Shown here piece after piece: positions 1-10,597 of a stretch of DNA of 64,000 bases (positions are counted from its first letter, which is position 1; the number at the start of each line of letters is the position of its first letter). Origin of the DNA: a bacterium (lineage in GTDB: Bacteria > SAR324 > JACQKK01); the NCBI GenBank assembly GCA_965240465.1, contig OZ251219.1, forward strand, positions 928,001 to 992,000, given 5' to 3'. Below the pieces are notes generated by a model that had not been told where the DNA came from, searched no databases, and worked only from the letters and a program-made list of their open reading frames with translations. The position numbers were made by a program, and so were the translations under genes.

Positions 1-685
1 TAGATCTGCCGGTCCGGGATTAACTTGGAGGGATGTGAAGCTTATTTTAGCTTCAACAGCTAAAAAAGTTGATCCAGGTGACGCAGGGTGGTTTCAGGGG
101 GCTGCTAGCTATGATGGCACCAAAGTTGGGCTGGAACGCTATGCTCATACCAATGCAAAATATAATCATAATCACGATTTTGGGTTTGGTCTTGCTGATG
201 CTGAGCGTGCTGTTAAGGCCGCCAAATCATGGAAGAGTAATGTAGGGGCACTTGAGTTTACGTCAGTAGAGGTGGGGGGAGAGGGTAACATTCCTGCAGG
301 AAGGATGAATATTCCGGATAATGATACAACTGGTAAAAGCTATAAAATAAGGTTTTATAGTACTAGCATTGATTTCATAGAATTTGTAAGTGTCGATATT
401 TGGATTAAAGCTGTTGGTTCAGCTACCCATTCTGGAGATTTACGGATAGAATTGACTTCTCCGGTAGGTAAAAGACCAAGTATTCTTGCTGAGCCCCATT
501 CCTGTTTTTTAGGTGATCACCCCTCAAGATGTGAATTTGATAGTAGGATCGTTTTTTCTTCTTTACGTCATCTTGGTGAAAATCCAAATGGACATTGGAC
601 TTTGAAAGTGGCAGACGAGGGTGAAAAAGATATTCATCGGATTTCAGGTTGGAAAGTGACTGTCTACGGGCATCGTAAGCAGTAG
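1..685 (+). CDS. Subtilisin/kexin-like S8 peptidase with proprotein convertase P-domain, C-terminal part (5' truncated by window)
   Basis: Frame is open from base 2 and reads PGLTWRDVKLILASTA (kexin LTWRD motif), then FGFGLADA, then a P-domain (HSGDLRIELTSP...GENPNGHWTLKVAD). Confidence 0.85.
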   Translation, partial: RSAGPGLTWRDVKLILASTAKKVDPGDAGWFQGAASYDGTKVGLERYAHTNAKYNHNHDFGFGLADAERAVKAAKSWKSNVGALEFTSVEVGGEGNIPAGRMNIPDNDTTGKSYKIRFYSTSIDFIEFVSVDIWIKAVGSATHSGDLRIELTSPVGKRPSILAEPHSCFLGDHPSRCEFDSRIVFSSLRHLGENPNGHWTLKVADEGEKDIHRISGWKVTVYGHRKQ

Positions 686-728
686 TTTCTCTCCGGCAGG
701 ATTTTAAGGGATTTTGGGGTTTGTTCCG

Positions 729-1934
729 CTATGATATGCAGGGCCAGTTCAGCCATAGCTGTTCTAGGGATAGCTGTTTGTTGGCATGCCAAAGGGAAAT
801 TTTTTGCTTGGTTTTTAAGGTGTCTTGATAACATCGGAAGGCTGCTTCACAGGAGAATTGTGGGGCTACCTTATGAAGTACTGCTTGGCCATTCGCGTTG
901 AGCAAGGTGCTATTTTTCAATTGTTCAGCGTTTTCTATTATTTGTTTATCTCCCTGTGATGCCCTCAGTTTTAGTACAGCTACATCATGCCACCATCCTT
1001 CTAGCCAATCTAACACAAAGCACCAGTCATCCCCGGCTGCCCACCTAGTACAATGAGACGATAACTTAGCAAATGAACGTTCTGATGAAGAAAGCAGATC
1101 CAGCAGAATTTTTTCCACCTGTTGCCATTCCTCAGCATGATCCAACAATAGCGGCCAAACTCCGGCAGATATTCCTGAGAATCGCAAAGCAAATTGCAAA
1201 GATTCCCCATGCAGTCCGGCTTTTTTAAGTAGCACTTGTCGCGAGTCATAATTCAGAGGACGGAATGGTAACTTCACACAACGCGAGGCAACGGTCTCAG
1301 GCAAGGAATGCAAGTAATTGGTGGATAATATCAGCACTCCCTTACCTGAGGGTTCTTCCAAGGTTTTTAATAGGGCATTAGCAGTCTCTAATCGCATGGT
1401 CTCCGCGCGGGATATAATTAACACTCGTCTGCCCCAGAGCGAGGTGGACAATGCTAGATTATCAATTGCTTGCCGTAGTTGTTCAATTTTTATGCTTATT
1501 CCCTCAGGTAGCAACTTGCTAATCTGAAGGTTATTCCCCGCCGTTGCCAACTTACAAGCCTGACACTCCCCACAGGCCTCTATTTCGCTATTTGCTAGAC
1601 CTCCGAATTCTGTTTGTGCTAGTCGTTTTAGTAGCGGCTCGCAATTTAAGGCAGCTGCCAATGCTAATGCCGTGCTATGTTTGCCCACATGAGGTGGCCC
1701 GTGAAACAGCCAAGCCCGAGGAGGATCCTCCATCTGTAAGGCGGTTTGAATTTGCTGGATGGCAGGCTGCTGACCCAATAACTGGGAAAATTTTACTACC
1801 AAACTGGTATCCTCTGTAGCTTCTTTCCTCGTAGCTTCTTTTATCGTAGCTTCTTTTATCGTAGATTCTTTTATCATGGCTTCTTTTTTTAAGGGATCTC
1901 CTAATCGCGGGCAGAAGACTAGGTGTCCTTCCAA
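729..1934 (-). CDS. holB: DNA polymerase III subunit delta' (alternative start ATG 1877)
   Basis: WLFHGPPHVGK, Zn motif ACGECQAC, ANALLKTLEEP, TVASRC; follows tmk. Confidence 0.92.
   Translation of the reverse strand: MEGHLVFCPRLGDPLKKEAMIKESTIKEATIKEATRKEATEDTSLVVKFSQLLGQQPAIQQIQTALQMEDPPRAWLFHGPPHVGKHSTALALAAALNCEPLLKRLAQTEFGGLANSEIEACGECQACKLATAGNNLQISKLLPEGISIKIEQLRQAIDNLALSTSLWGRRVLIISRAETMRLETANALLKTLEEPSGKGVLILSTNYLHSLPETVASRCVKLPFRPLNYDSRQVLLKKAGLHGESLQFALRFSGISAGVWPLLLDHAEEWQQVEKILLDLLSSSERSFAKLSSHCTRWAAGDDWCFVLDWLEGWWHDVAVLKLRASQGDKQIIENAEQLKNSTLLNANGQAVLHKVAPQFSCEAAFRCYQDTLKTKQKISLWHANKQLSLEQLWLNWPCIS
1816..1890. repeat. 15-bp in-frame tandem repeat, about 5 degenerate copies (KEATI)
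   Basis: GTAGCTTCTTTTATC units at the holB N-terminus. Confidence 0.85.
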
Positions 1935-2584
1935 GCCGTCAATTTTGGTTCTATTAATTTCCAGATCTGCTCATGTACCGCCTGAGGCTCTTTTTCAGCA
2001 AGTACACGCTGGATGCGGTCCGATGACTGGCATAGCCTTTGATAACCCTCTGCGGCACGCTGTTGCAAGGAGAAATTGAGATCAAAGCGATCATTTTTGG
2101 AGAGATCTGGCAAGTTATTTTTTGCTCTAATGCGTGCTTGGCAAGCCTCTGGCGAGGCATCCAGCCACAGGGTCAACTGTGGTAAGAAGGGGACAATGTT
2201 ATCTGTCATCCAATCTTCAAGTGATCGGAGATCTAGTTGCTGACCGTATTGTTGATAAGCAATGGTGGAGTCGTGAAATCTGTCGCAAAGGACTATCTGC
2301 CCCTTATCCAAGGCGGGACAAATAACCGCCTTGAGATGCTGAAGGCGATCGGCAAGAAATAAGAGCAATAGTGCTTGGGAGTCAATTTCATTTCCATCCT
2401 GTAATTTTTTTCTCAGGGCATGACCCAGTAGAGCAGTGCTGGGTTCTTTGGTGATGAGTAACGAGGTGCCTAGGGCCTTCAATTTCGGTTGCAAACGCTG
2501 ATGCAAAAGCTGGATCTGCGAGCTTTTGCCACTACCGTCAATCCCCTCCAGACTGATAAACAAACCATCACCCGATAGTGTCAT
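1919..2584 (-). CDS. tmk: Thymidylate kinase
   Basis: FISLEGIDGSGKSSQ P-loop, CDRFHDSTIAYQ. Confidence 0.96.
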   Translation of the reverse strand: MTLSGDGLFISLEGIDGSGKSSQIQLLHQRLQPKLKALGTSLLITKEPSTALLGHALRKKLQDGNEIDSQALLLLFLADRLQHLKAVICPALDKGQIVLCDRFHDSTIAYQQYGQQLDLRSLEDWMTDNIVPFLPQLTLWLDASPEACQARIRAKNNLPDLSKNDRFDLNFSLQQRAAEGYQRLCQSSDRIQRVLAEKEPQAVHEQIWKLIEPKLTAWKDT

Positions 2585-2601
2585 GTAGATATTCCCTTAG
2601 G

Positions 2602-3114
2602 CTAAAAACGAACTCGCAGGTAATCCCCTTTTTTTATACCTAAATCCTTAGCCCGACCAGCGGCGATTTCCAGAACCAGATTGGCGGGTTTTTTGGGTTC
2701 GTAGACGGGCAGATCCGCTAACGCGGTGCCAGAACTAGGTGGCGGTACCCGATGAGCAATATGTACCACCAGACCATTATTCAGCCAAATGATGTCTATG
2801 GGAATTTTCATTCCCTTCATCCAAAACCGATGACGATCAGCATCGGTATACAAAAACAGCATTCCTTCGTTAGCCCCGAGTTTGATTCTCCCCCCCAGCC
2901 CCTTGGATTGATTTTTCGGGTCTTCTACCACTTCCACCACAAAAGTGGTTTGCTTAAAAATAACCTTCGCCATCACAGGAGCAGTAGCAGGTTTTGCCCT
3001 GGCTGAACCTGTTGATAACAAGATTACTAAGAATAATCCCAGCCACCATAGCCGATGGACTTTTTTCCAAAGGCAATTAAACATGTCTGAAGTAACCAGC
3101 GTATTTAGATACAT
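2602..3114 (-). CDS. DUF192 family exported protein
   Basis: Signal peptide; GMLF, FWMKGMKIPIDIIW, VLEIAAG. Confidence 0.88.
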   Translation of the reverse strand: MYLNTLVTSDMFNCLWKKVHRLWWLGLFLVILLSTGSARAKPATAPVMAKVIFKQTTFVVEVVEDPKNQSKGLGGRIKLGANEGMLFLYTDADRHRFWMKGMKIPIDIIWLNNGLVVHIAHRVPPPSSGTALADLPVYEPKKPANLVLEIAAGRAKDLGIKKGDYLRVRF

Positions 3115-3141
3115 AGAAGGTCTATAAACTGAACTTTAATC

Positions 3142-3702
3142 CTAAACAACCGCTACTTGCTGAGCCAGCATTCGCCTTTTTAGGTACTGCCGCTTAAATA
3201 AAGATTGATGGTCAATAATCAATTTACCGTGTAAATGGTCTAGTTCGTGTTGGAAGCAAATGGATTCCACCCCAGTTAGTTTTTTCTGTTGCGTTTTGCC
3301 GGCAGTATTTTGGTAGCTAATCTGTATCTCTGCCAAGCGTTTTATGGGCAATGGGTCTAAGCCGAGCAAGCTGAGACAGCTTTCCAATCCAATCTGGGGA
3401 TTAGATCCACCCAGCAATTTAGGATTAATCATCACTCTGGCAGAAGGACTAGGGGATTTATTGATGGGACGAGGAGGCCTAAATTCACTGCTTGAAAGTT
3501 CTAGCATGTCCAGAGGAACATCCATCACCAGCACAGCCCTTGAATCCCCCACTTGAGGAGCTGCTAGCCCAATCCCTCTATTCTGATACATGGTCTCTAG
3601 CATGTCATTGGTGAATTGATACAAATGGTCATCAAAGGTGGTCACAAGCTTGGTTGCCTGCTTCAGGATGGGGTTGGGGTACTGGCGGATTGTCAATGCC
3701 AT
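3142..3702 (-). CDS. def: Peptide deformylase (ORF extends to 3789 through a tandem repeat; ATG 3702 preferred)
   Basis: GIGLAAPQVG, ESCLS (canonical EGCLS), QHELDHLHG. Confidence 0.95.
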   Translation of the reverse strand: MALTIRQYPNPILKQATKLVTTFDDHLYQFTNDMLETMYQNRGIGLAAPQVGDSRAVLVMDVPLDMLELSSSEFRPPRPINKSPSPSARVMINPKLLGGSNPQIGLESCLSLLGLDPLPIKRLAEIQISYQNTAGKTQQKKLTGVESICFQHELDHLHGKLIIDHQSLFKRQYLKRRMLAQQVAVV

Positions 3703-3722
3703 CGTCAATTTATCCAGAGAAG

Positions 3723-3792
3723 CACGGCAAACTATGGAAACATGGCAAACTATGGAAACATGGCAATCCATGGAAACATGGCAAGCCATGGC
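3723..3792. repeat. 18-bp tandem repeat, about 4 copies, between lpxK and def
   Basis: CATGGCAAACTATGGAAA units. Confidence 0.85.
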
Positions 3793-3804
3793 GGTTATTT
3801 TGTT

Positions 3805-5034
3805 TTATTTTAGACCGCATCGCTTTAGAAATTCAAGCAGAAAGTCAAGAAATGCCTTTTGGGGCTGGAGGGTTAAGTGCAGGACTAAGATTTTTTCAGC
3901 TAGTAATTTCTGCGATACACCAGCCTGAGAATAATTAGCCTGAGAATAATTAGCCTGAGAATAATTAGCCTGAGAAGATCTTAGCAGGTTTTTCAGTTTT
4001 ACGGCATCTTTGGCAGTAATCACCCACACTCGTTCTTTGCTCAATTGCCGTAGGTGTTCAAGATCTTTGTTGGTGTAGGAATGGTGGTTTGGAAAATAGT
4101 AGCGGGCAATGATGTTCGCCCCTAAGCGTTTCAGTGAATGCTCCAAATGCTCAGGATGGGCAATTCCGCACCAGCTGCCTACCTCTAGCCCCTTCAGTGT
4201 AGACAGAGGATAGGATTGTTCATCTTGGAGATCACTCAGCCTCAGTTGTTCTGCGTCACAGTGAAATATGGGAATTTTTAATCCCTGTGCTTGCCATTCT
4301 GCTCGGCGTAGCGGGATATTATCATCATCAGATCGGGTAAGCAGCAAGACATCAGCCCGATGTGCTGCCCAAAGCGGCTCCCGCAATTCTCCCCGAGGTA
4401 GTAGGCGAGCCTCCTTCAGCGGTTGAGAGGCATCCCAGATCAGCACATTAAGACGCCGCTTTGGCTCATCTCTACCCCCCCCCTCCCGTACAAAAGCTAC
4501 ATGCTGGAAGGCATCATCCAAAACAGCCACCTGAGGGGCATCCCGAAGAACAGCAGTACGCAAATTAAATCCACGATCAGCACCTACATAAAAAGGAAGC
4601 AGGTCATGCTTAGTAGCCAGCATGGCTACTTCATCACCCAGCCAGCTGGCAGGGTTCTTCCTCCAGTAAGAATTATCATCTTCGCTCATGCACGCCCTTA
4701 AAGAACGAGCCCTTACCTGTCTGCGATAACCCCGACTTAAACACACCACCCGCCAACCCCTCTGACTTATCCAGCCCAGTAGCACATCTACCAGCGGGGT
4801 TTTCCCGCTACCACCAACACTTAATCCTCCCACCACAATACAAACCATCCCGCTTCTTCTAACCCAGTCCCAATCAGAATTATCATCCCGTTCCCTCTTA
4901 TAGCCTTGAATCAAGGCTCTCCATCCCAATCGCAGTCTGATTAGACTCCCATACAGAACCCAGAGCGGCCATCGGAGCAACCAATGAATTTTTATTATGT
5001 CCTGCTGCCGTGAGGTGGAATTAGTGGTGTTCAT
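3805..5034 (-). CDS. lpxK: Tetraacyldisaccharide 4'-kinase
   Basis: VGGLSVGGSGKTP, LSRGY, GDE, LDDAFQH, LLPRGELREP, ITAKDAVK. Confidence 0.95.
   Translation of the reverse strand: MNTTNSTSRQQDIIKIHWLLRWPLWVLYGSLIRLRLGWRALIQGYKRERDDNSDWDWVRRSGMVCIVVGGLSVGGSGKTPLVDVLLGWISQRGWRVVCLSRGYRRQVRARSLRACMSEDDNSYWRKNPASWLGDEVAMLATKHDLLPFYVGADRGFNLRTAVLRDAPQVAVLDDAFQHVAFVREGGGRDEPKRRLNVLIWDASQPLKEARLLPRGELREPLWAAHRADVLLLTRSDDDNIPLRRAEWQAQGLKIPIFHCDAEQLRLSDLQDEQSYPLSTLKGLEVGSWCGIAHPEHLEHSLKRLGANIIARYYFPNHHSYTNKDLEHLRQLSKERVWVITAKDAVKLKNLLRSSQANYSQANYSQANYSQAGVSQKLLAEKILVLHLTLQPQKAFLDFLLEFLKRCGLK
3922..3976. repeat. 15-bp in-frame tandem repeat in lpxK (SQANY x3)
   Basis: AGCCTGAGAATAATT x3 plus a partial copy. 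Confidence 0.92.
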
Positions 5035-5116
5035 TTAAGCTGTACTCAACATTAATTTATCTCTACACCAAAGCTATGGTAAAATGCCTATATTTTCTAG
5101 GATGGCATAATAAGCG

Positions 5117-5181
5117 GCGTATAGGCGTCGGACATATGTAGGCAGCGTATAGGCGTCGGACATGTAGGCAGCGTATAGGCG
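5117..5181. repeat. 26-28-bp tandem repeat, about 2.5 copies, in the lpxK/mltA divergent region
   Basis: GCGTATAGGCGTCGGACAT(AT)GTAGGCA units. Confidence 0.8.
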
Positions 5182-5202
5182 GCAAATAAATGGATTCATT
5201 AA

Positions 5203-6534
5203 ATGCAATACCATCAAAGCACCATTCAAACTAGCATTTCTGCTCTTGCTGGTAAGTGTTTCATAGGCACTTGGCAGCAACAGATTAATTTATTGCTAAT
5301 GTTATCGTTTAGTGTACTATGTTTCGCTTGCGGTCAATTTTCCGCAGTGCCAGTACGCCAAGTGAAAAAACTCAACCTAATAGATGGCTGTGATAAGCAA
5401 AGCTTGTCTCAATCAGCCCAACGCTCTTTAACTTATTATGAAAGACTTTCTCGCCTACCCTCATCGCCTGAGAAGCAATCGGAAACACCCCCTGTTTTTC
5501 TATTCGGTGAGCATAGTTACTCGGCTCTGGAAATGGTAGCTTCCACCCAACTATTCCTAAACCTGCTGGATAAATCTAATTCTCCTAAGGAACTTAACCA
5601 GTCATTGCAAAAACATTTTCTCTATTTTGAAATATCCAACTCCCAAAAAAAAATACTCTTTACTGGCTACTTTGAGCCAGAAATTCCTGCTAGCCGTAGA
5701 CCCACCAAAAAACTTAATACTCCTGTCCATGCTCGCCCCAAGGACTTGATCGCGGTGAACCTAAACAGATATGAAAACGCCAAACTGCCCTCCATTCAAC
5801 TTTATGGCAAATTGAAGAACGGCAAGGTGCAACCTTATGACTCCCGAATACAAATTCAGCAACGGAAATCTTTGAAAGGACGCGCCCATGTGATTGCTTG
5901 GGTGAACGAGGTAGATTTGTTTTTCCTCCAAATTCAAGGCTCAGGAACTCTACGCTTTGCAAACAACAAGATTGTTAGGATAGGTTATGCTGCCAGCAAT
6001 AGTAATCCTTATCGCAGCATTGGAGCAATACTGGTAGAGCAAGAAAAAATGCCGCTGGAGGATGTAACCATGCAATCCCTTAAGGCTTGGATCCATAGCC
6101 ACCCTCGGCAAGGGCGTGAACTGATGCTCTCTAACCCTAGCTACGTGTTTTTTGATGTTCGCAAGCAGGGACCCTTAGGTAACATTCAGCTGAAGCTGAC
6201 CCCTCAACGCTCACTGGCAGTAGATAGCAGCCTGCTGCCCAAGGGAGCACTGGCATTTGTGAGCACCCATCTTCCTGCTCCTCAGTTCTTAGATTCGGAA
6301 TCCTTACCGCCCTTCCAGTGCTTTATGATGATCCAAGATACTGGCGGAGCTATCCGTGGCTACAGACGGGGTGATATCTTCTTCGGCTCGGGACCAGAGG
6401 CAGAATGGAACGCTGGTCAAATGAAAAATACTGGACGACTATTCTTGCTGGTCGCCAAAAAATCTGCCTTGACATCTCTTCTGCCCGCAGAATCCTCTGA
6501 TAAATTTCCGTTGGGGTCTCCTGCTTCTCCGTAG
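5203..6534 (+). CDS. mltA: Membrane-bound lytic murein transglycosylase A
   Basis: FTGYFEP, FFLQIQGSG, NPSYVFF, QDTGGAI...DIFFG 3D domain; lipobox-like CFAC. Confidence 0.93.
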   Translation: MQYHQSTIQTSISALAGKCFIGTWQQQINLLLMLSFSVLCFACGQFSAVPVRQVKKLNLIDGCDKQSLSQSAQRSLTYYERLSRLPSSPEKQSETPPVFLFGEHSYSALEMVASTQLFLNLLDKSNSPKELNQSLQKHFLYFEISNSQKKILFTGYFEPEIPASRRPTKKLNTPVHARPKDLIAVNLNRYENAKLPSIQLYGKLKNGKVQPYDSRIQIQQRKSLKGRAHVIAWVNEVDLFFLQIQGSGTLRFANNKIVRIGYAASNSNPYRSIGAILVEQEKMPLEDVTMQSLKAWIHSHPRQGRELMLSNPSYVFFDVRKQGPLGNIQLKLTPQRSLAVDSSLLPKGALAFVSTHLPAPQFLDSESLPPFQCFMMIQDTGGAIRGYRRGDIFFGSGPEAEWNAGQMKNTGRLFLLVAKKSALTSLLPAESSDKFPLGSPASP

Positions 6535-6554
6535 CCCTTTGTTCTATCAAGAGC

Positions 6555-7388
6555 ATGAAGAAATTATTACGGTGCGGGGTATCCTCGCTTATTCTCAAAA
6601 GGCAAAAGCTGGAATTCCCTCCAGTACGCCTGATGGGAGTACTCAACCTGACCCCTGATTCATTCAGCGATGGCGGAGAATTTACCACCCCCGAACACGC
6701 CCGCCAGCATGCTCAACGCTTGCTTGCTGCTGGGGCTGATATTCTGGATATCGGTGGTGCTTCTTCTCATCCTCGTGCATCTGTAGTCACCCCAGCCACA
6801 GAACTCCAGCGTGTTGCCGAATTGGTAGAACAACTGGCCGCTCAATTACCGATCCCCATCTCCATTGATACTCAAACCCCATCTGTCGCCCGACAATGCC
6901 TTCAGCTAGGGGCAAACATCATCAATGATGTCAGCGGGTTTGCCAATTCAGAAATGGCTACCATCGCTGATGAATACCAAGCACCACTGGTGATAACCTA
7001 TAATAATTTTCATCATCCGCTCCCACCAGAAGCCTCAATGCTAGAACACATGCTTGATTTCTTTCAGACCACCATAAAAAAAGTTCAACCAGACACTCAA
7101 CTGATACTTGATCCAGGCTATGGCTTTGGCAAAACACCTCAACAAAATCTGCAAATTCTAAATTATCTGCCCCAACTACTTCGCTTGGGACGCCCCGTAC
7201 TCGTTTGTACCTCCCGCAAAGCTTCCCTGGCCCGATTGACTATCGCCGCACCTCCCAAAGAACGCCTCGGGGCCTCCATCGCCAGTGCTCTCCAAGCCGC
7301 CCAGAAGGGAGTACACCTGCTTAGAGTACACGATGTTTTTCCACATCGCCAAGCACTACTATGGCAACAGCAAGTAGAAAATGAATAG
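6555..7388 (+). CDS. folP: Dihydropteroate synthase
   Basis: MGVLNLTPDSFSDGG, ISIDT, INDVSG, LDPGYGFGK, SRK, RVHDV. Confidence 0.96.
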   Translation: MKKLLRCGVSSLILKRQKLEFPPVRLMGVLNLTPDSFSDGGEFTTPEHARQHAQRLLAAGADILDIGGASSHPRASVVTPATELQRVAELVEQLAAQLPIPISIDTQTPSVARQCLQLGANIINDVSGFANSEMATIADEYQAPLVITYNNFHHPLPPEASMLEHMLDFFQTTIKKVQPDTQLILDPGYGFGKTPQQNLQILNYLPQLLRLGRPVLVCTSRKASLARLTIAAPPKERLGASIASALQAAQKGVHLLRVHDVFPHRQALLWQQQVENE

Positions 7389-7423
7389 CTAAAAGCGTCA
7401 GGCGTATTTTTCTATCTAGCAGT

Positions 7424-8443
7424 TTAACTGGCTTTAAGTATTGTTTTATCAAAGGGTGCCAGATGGCAGGCAGAGAAATGTTTGGGGTATATTTCCCTAG
7501 GGATCGGGACTTCTTTTTTGCAACGGTCTTCAGCATATGGGCAGCGAGGATGAAAAGGGCATCCCGAAGGTGGATTAATCGGGTTGGGGACTTCGCCTTT
7601 GATGACTTTTATGGGCGTGGTACTGGGTTTGGGTTCTGGGATGGCCTTCATAAGTGCCTGAGTGTAGGGATGCTGTGGTTTGGAGAATAGTTTTTCAGTG
7701 GGGGCGGTTTCCACCAGACGACCTAGGTACATAACAGCTACCCTCTTGCTGATGTATCTAACAACGGAGAGATCGTGGGAGATAAACAAGAAGGACAGAT
7801 TGTTATTTTTTTGCAGATCAGCCAATAGGTTGACTACTTGGGCTTGAATGGAAACATCTAAGGCAGAAACGGGTTCATCGGCTACAATGAGCCGTGGATT
7901 GAGTGCCAAAGCGCGAGCAATACCAATGCGTTGTCTTTGTCCGCCCGAGAATTCGTGGGGATATTTATGCATTTGCTCTGAGGTTAATCCTACTTGTTCA
8001 AACAGGTCTTTAATTTTTTTGGTGCGTTCTTCAGTAGTGCCCATTTTATGCACCAGCAGGGGTTCTGCCACGATGGTTCCTGCGGTCATGCGAGGATTGA
8101 GCGAAGAATAAGGGTCTTGAAAAATCATTTGCAATTTGCTGCGATACGGCTTGAGAGCAGAACGTTGCAGATGAGTAATATCGTTGCCAGCTAGGGTTAT
8201 TTTACCCGAAGTGGGTTCTAGCAGTCGTACTATTGTTCGTCCTACGGTGGATTTTCCGCAGCCAGATTCTCCTACTAGGCCTAGTGTTTCTGAATCTCCG
8301 ATCTGGAAACTAATTCCATCTACGGCTTTTAGCCAAGCATGGGTGCGGGAGAAGATTCCAGAACGCACTGGAAAATGCATCTTAAGGTTGTTCACCTTTA
8401 GCAAGGGTGTAGTAGATGAGGAAGTTGGGGCTGGTTTTTTCAT
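7424..8443 (-). CDS. Oligopeptide/dipeptide ABC transporter ATP-binding subunit (OppF/DppF type)
   Basis: GESGCGKST, FSGGQRQR, VADEP, C-terminal GCPFHPRC. Confidence 0.95.
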   Translation of the reverse strand: MKKPAPTSSSTTPLLKVNNLKMHFPVRSGIFSRTHAWLKAVDGISFQIGDSETLGLVGESGCGKSTVGRTIVRLLEPTSGKITLAGNDITHLQRSALKPYRSKLQMIFQDPYSSLNPRMTAGTIVAEPLLVHKMGTTEERTKKIKDLFEQVGLTSEQMHKYPHEFSGGQRQRIGIARALALNPRLIVADEPVSALDVSIQAQVVNLLADLQKNNNLSFLFISHDLSVVRYISKRVAVMYLGRLVETAPTEKLFSKPQHPYTQALMKAIPEPKPSTTPIKVIKGEVPNPINPPSGCPFHPRCPYAEDRCKKEVPIPREIYPKHFSACHLAPFDKTILKAS

Positions 8444-8488
8444 CTTCTGTTTAACGGGATTGACAAATAGGGGATGATATTGTGGTAC

Positions 8489-10579
8489 CTAAGCAGAGAG
8501 TTTTTCAGAGTGCCAACAAGCGGCTAGGTGTCCATCAGATTTTTTCTCTAGCGGGGGACGATGTTGACGGCACTTCTCAGTAGCATAAGAACAGCGATCT
8601 CTAAAGACACAGCCCGCGGGCAAATCATGCAGTGGAGGGACAATGCCGGGAATTTCCCTTAATCTCCCGGATTTTTGAGTACTCGGCAAGGAACGCATCA
8701 ATCCTAAGGTATAAGGATGCTTTGGGTTGGAAAAGAGGTCGTTAACCGAAGATTCTTCCACCTTGAAGCCCGCATACATGACGGCTACTCGTTGGCAGGT
8801 TTGGGCAACTACGCCTAAATCGTGGGTAATCATCAGGACCGCAGATTTGCTTTTATGGCAAAGATCTGCCAGTAATTCCAGAATCTGAGCTTGGATGGTA
8901 ACATCCAGGGCGGTGGTGGGTTCATCGGCAATGAGCACTTTGGGGTTGCAGGAAAGAGCCATGGCAATCATCACTCGCTGACGCATTCCCCCTGACATGT
9001 TATGCGGATATTCATCAATTTTGCGATGAGGCTCTGGAATTCGCACTACATCCAACATTTCTATCGTCTTTTGGCGGGCTTCTTTCTTAGACAATCCCTG
9101 GTGTAGGCGAATCACTTCTGATATCTGGAAACCTACCGTCAAGACTGGGTTAAGCGAAGTCATCGGCTCTTGAAAAATCATGGATATATCATTGCCTCTA
9201 ACTCGGCGTAGTTGATTTTCTTTGAGGGAAAGAAGGTCTTTACCCTCAAAATGGATAGATCCTGAGATTTCCACTGGAGGAGAGGGAATAAGCTTCAAAA
9301 TAGTGAGGGCGGCCACGGTTTTGCCACAGCCAGACTCACCTACCAAGCCCATAGTTTGGCCTTTTTTCAGATTCAGGGATAAGTTACTGACGGCCCGCAC
9401 TTTTCCTTGGCGAGCATGAAATACCACGCTGACATCTTCTATTTCCAGCAAATGCCGAGGCGATGATTTGGTATTTGACAAAGGGAGGGTAGCAACATTC
9501 TGCTTAGCGGCGGATTGTTTTTCTGAGCTCCGAGTCTGGGTTGTGAACACTTTTTTGAGATGATAGGGTAGGAGAGCAATAATGTTATGGGGAAGTCTAG
9601 CAGAAATAAATCTGAAATAATAATCCTTTTTATGGGTAGGAGGATTGATGCTTAAACTCATCGGCATATACCAAGGTTTGGTGATTTGAATTAGGGGATC
9701 TAGCCTTTCTCTCAAGGCATCCCCCAGCAGGTTGCTAGCCAGCACTAAGCAGGCAATAGCAGTACCCGGAGCCCACAGCAACCAAGGTGCCTGAGTAGCC
9801 TCAGCTAGACTAAGCTCAGCTAGCATGCGTCCCCATGAAGGAGTAGGGTCTGGGATCCCCAGCCCCAAAAAAGATAGAGAAGCTTCCAGCAATACTGCAT
9901 GTCCTAGTTGGGCACTGACCAATACCAGCAAAGGAGCGTAAAGATTTGGTAATAAATGAAATAATAAAATGCGAAAATAAGAAATCGCCTGCAAATGAGC
10001 CGCTTGAATAAATAAATGCTGACGCAACTCCAGCACCAAGGTACGCACTAAACGGGCCGTTCTTGGGGCCAAAGGAAGAGCAATCGCAACAACCACAGCC
10101 GTCTTTGAAGGACCCACTACCGCTACCAAAACAACCGCCGCTACCAACAAAGGCAAACTCTGCCAAGCTTCCAGCAATCGCTGTAATAAGAAATCGGCAG
10201 CCCGCGGTAGCAAACCACCCAACGCTCCCAGCAAAAATCCGATGCCACCCGATAATAAACACGCCCCGCAAGCAACACTCAGAGATACCCTAGCCCCAAA
10301 CAAAAGACGACTGAAAATATCGCGCCCTAAGGCATCAGCCCCCAGCCAATGAGACCCAGAGGGCAACGACAAGGGCTTTGCTACCGCCTGCAGGGGATCA
10401 TGCAGTACTAACAAATCGGCTGCCAAAGCACAGATAACCAAGCTCCCCAAAACCAGTGCCGCCAACCAAAACTGAACCCCCCATCCCCGCCACCACCAAC
10501 CAACTCGCAGGCTGGATGGCAACTGAGATGGCAATTGAGATGAGAACCGAGATGTTCTGCTAGGCAAAGTTCTTAGCAT
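8489..10579 (-). CDS. Fused ABC permease (DppC-like) and ATP-binding (DppD-like) protein
   Basis: N-terminal [11 protein letters not shown]...LSFLGLG..SWG; C-terminal [26 protein letters not shown]. Confidence 0.9.
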   Translation of the reverse strand: MLRTLPSRTSRFSSQLPSQLPSSLRVGWWWRGWGVQFWLAALVLGSLVICALAADLLVLHDPLQAVAKPLSLPSGSHWLGADALGRDIFSRLLFGARVSLSVACGACLLSGGIGFLLGALGGLLPRAADFLLQRLLEAWQSLPLLVAAVVLVAVVGPSKTAVVVAIALPLAPRTARLVRTLVLELRQHLFIQAAHLQAISYFRILLFHLLPNLYAPLLVLVSAQLGHAVLLEASLSFLGLGIPDPTPSWGRMLAELSLAEATQAPWLLWAPGTAIACLVLASNLLGDALRERLDPLIQITKPWYMPMSLSINPPTHKKDYYFRFISARLPHNIIALLPYHLKKVFTTQTRSSEKQSAAKQNVATLPLSNTKSSPRHLLEIEDVSVVFHARQGKVRAVSNLSLNLKKGQTMGLVGESGCGKTVAALTILKLIPSPPVEISGSIHFEGKDLLSLKENQLRRVRGNDISMIFQEPMTSLNPVLTVGFQISEVIRLHQGLSKKEARQKTIEMLDVVRIPEPHRKIDEYPHNMSGGMRQRVMIAMALSCNPKVLIADEPTTALDVTIQAQILELLADLCHKSKSAVLMITHDLGVVAQTCQRVAVMYAGFKVEESSVNDLFSNPKHPYTLGLMRSLPSTQKSGRLREIPGIVPPLHDLPAGCVFRDRCSYATEKCRQHRPPLEKKSDGHLAACWHSEKLSA

Positions 10580-10597
10580 TCAGGTTTTTGATTAAGA

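Noticed and set aside
3703-3789. N-terminal CHVS-repeat extension of peptide deformylase
   Set aside because: Def homology begins at MALTIRQYP; the extension is just the 18-bp array, although it is in frame
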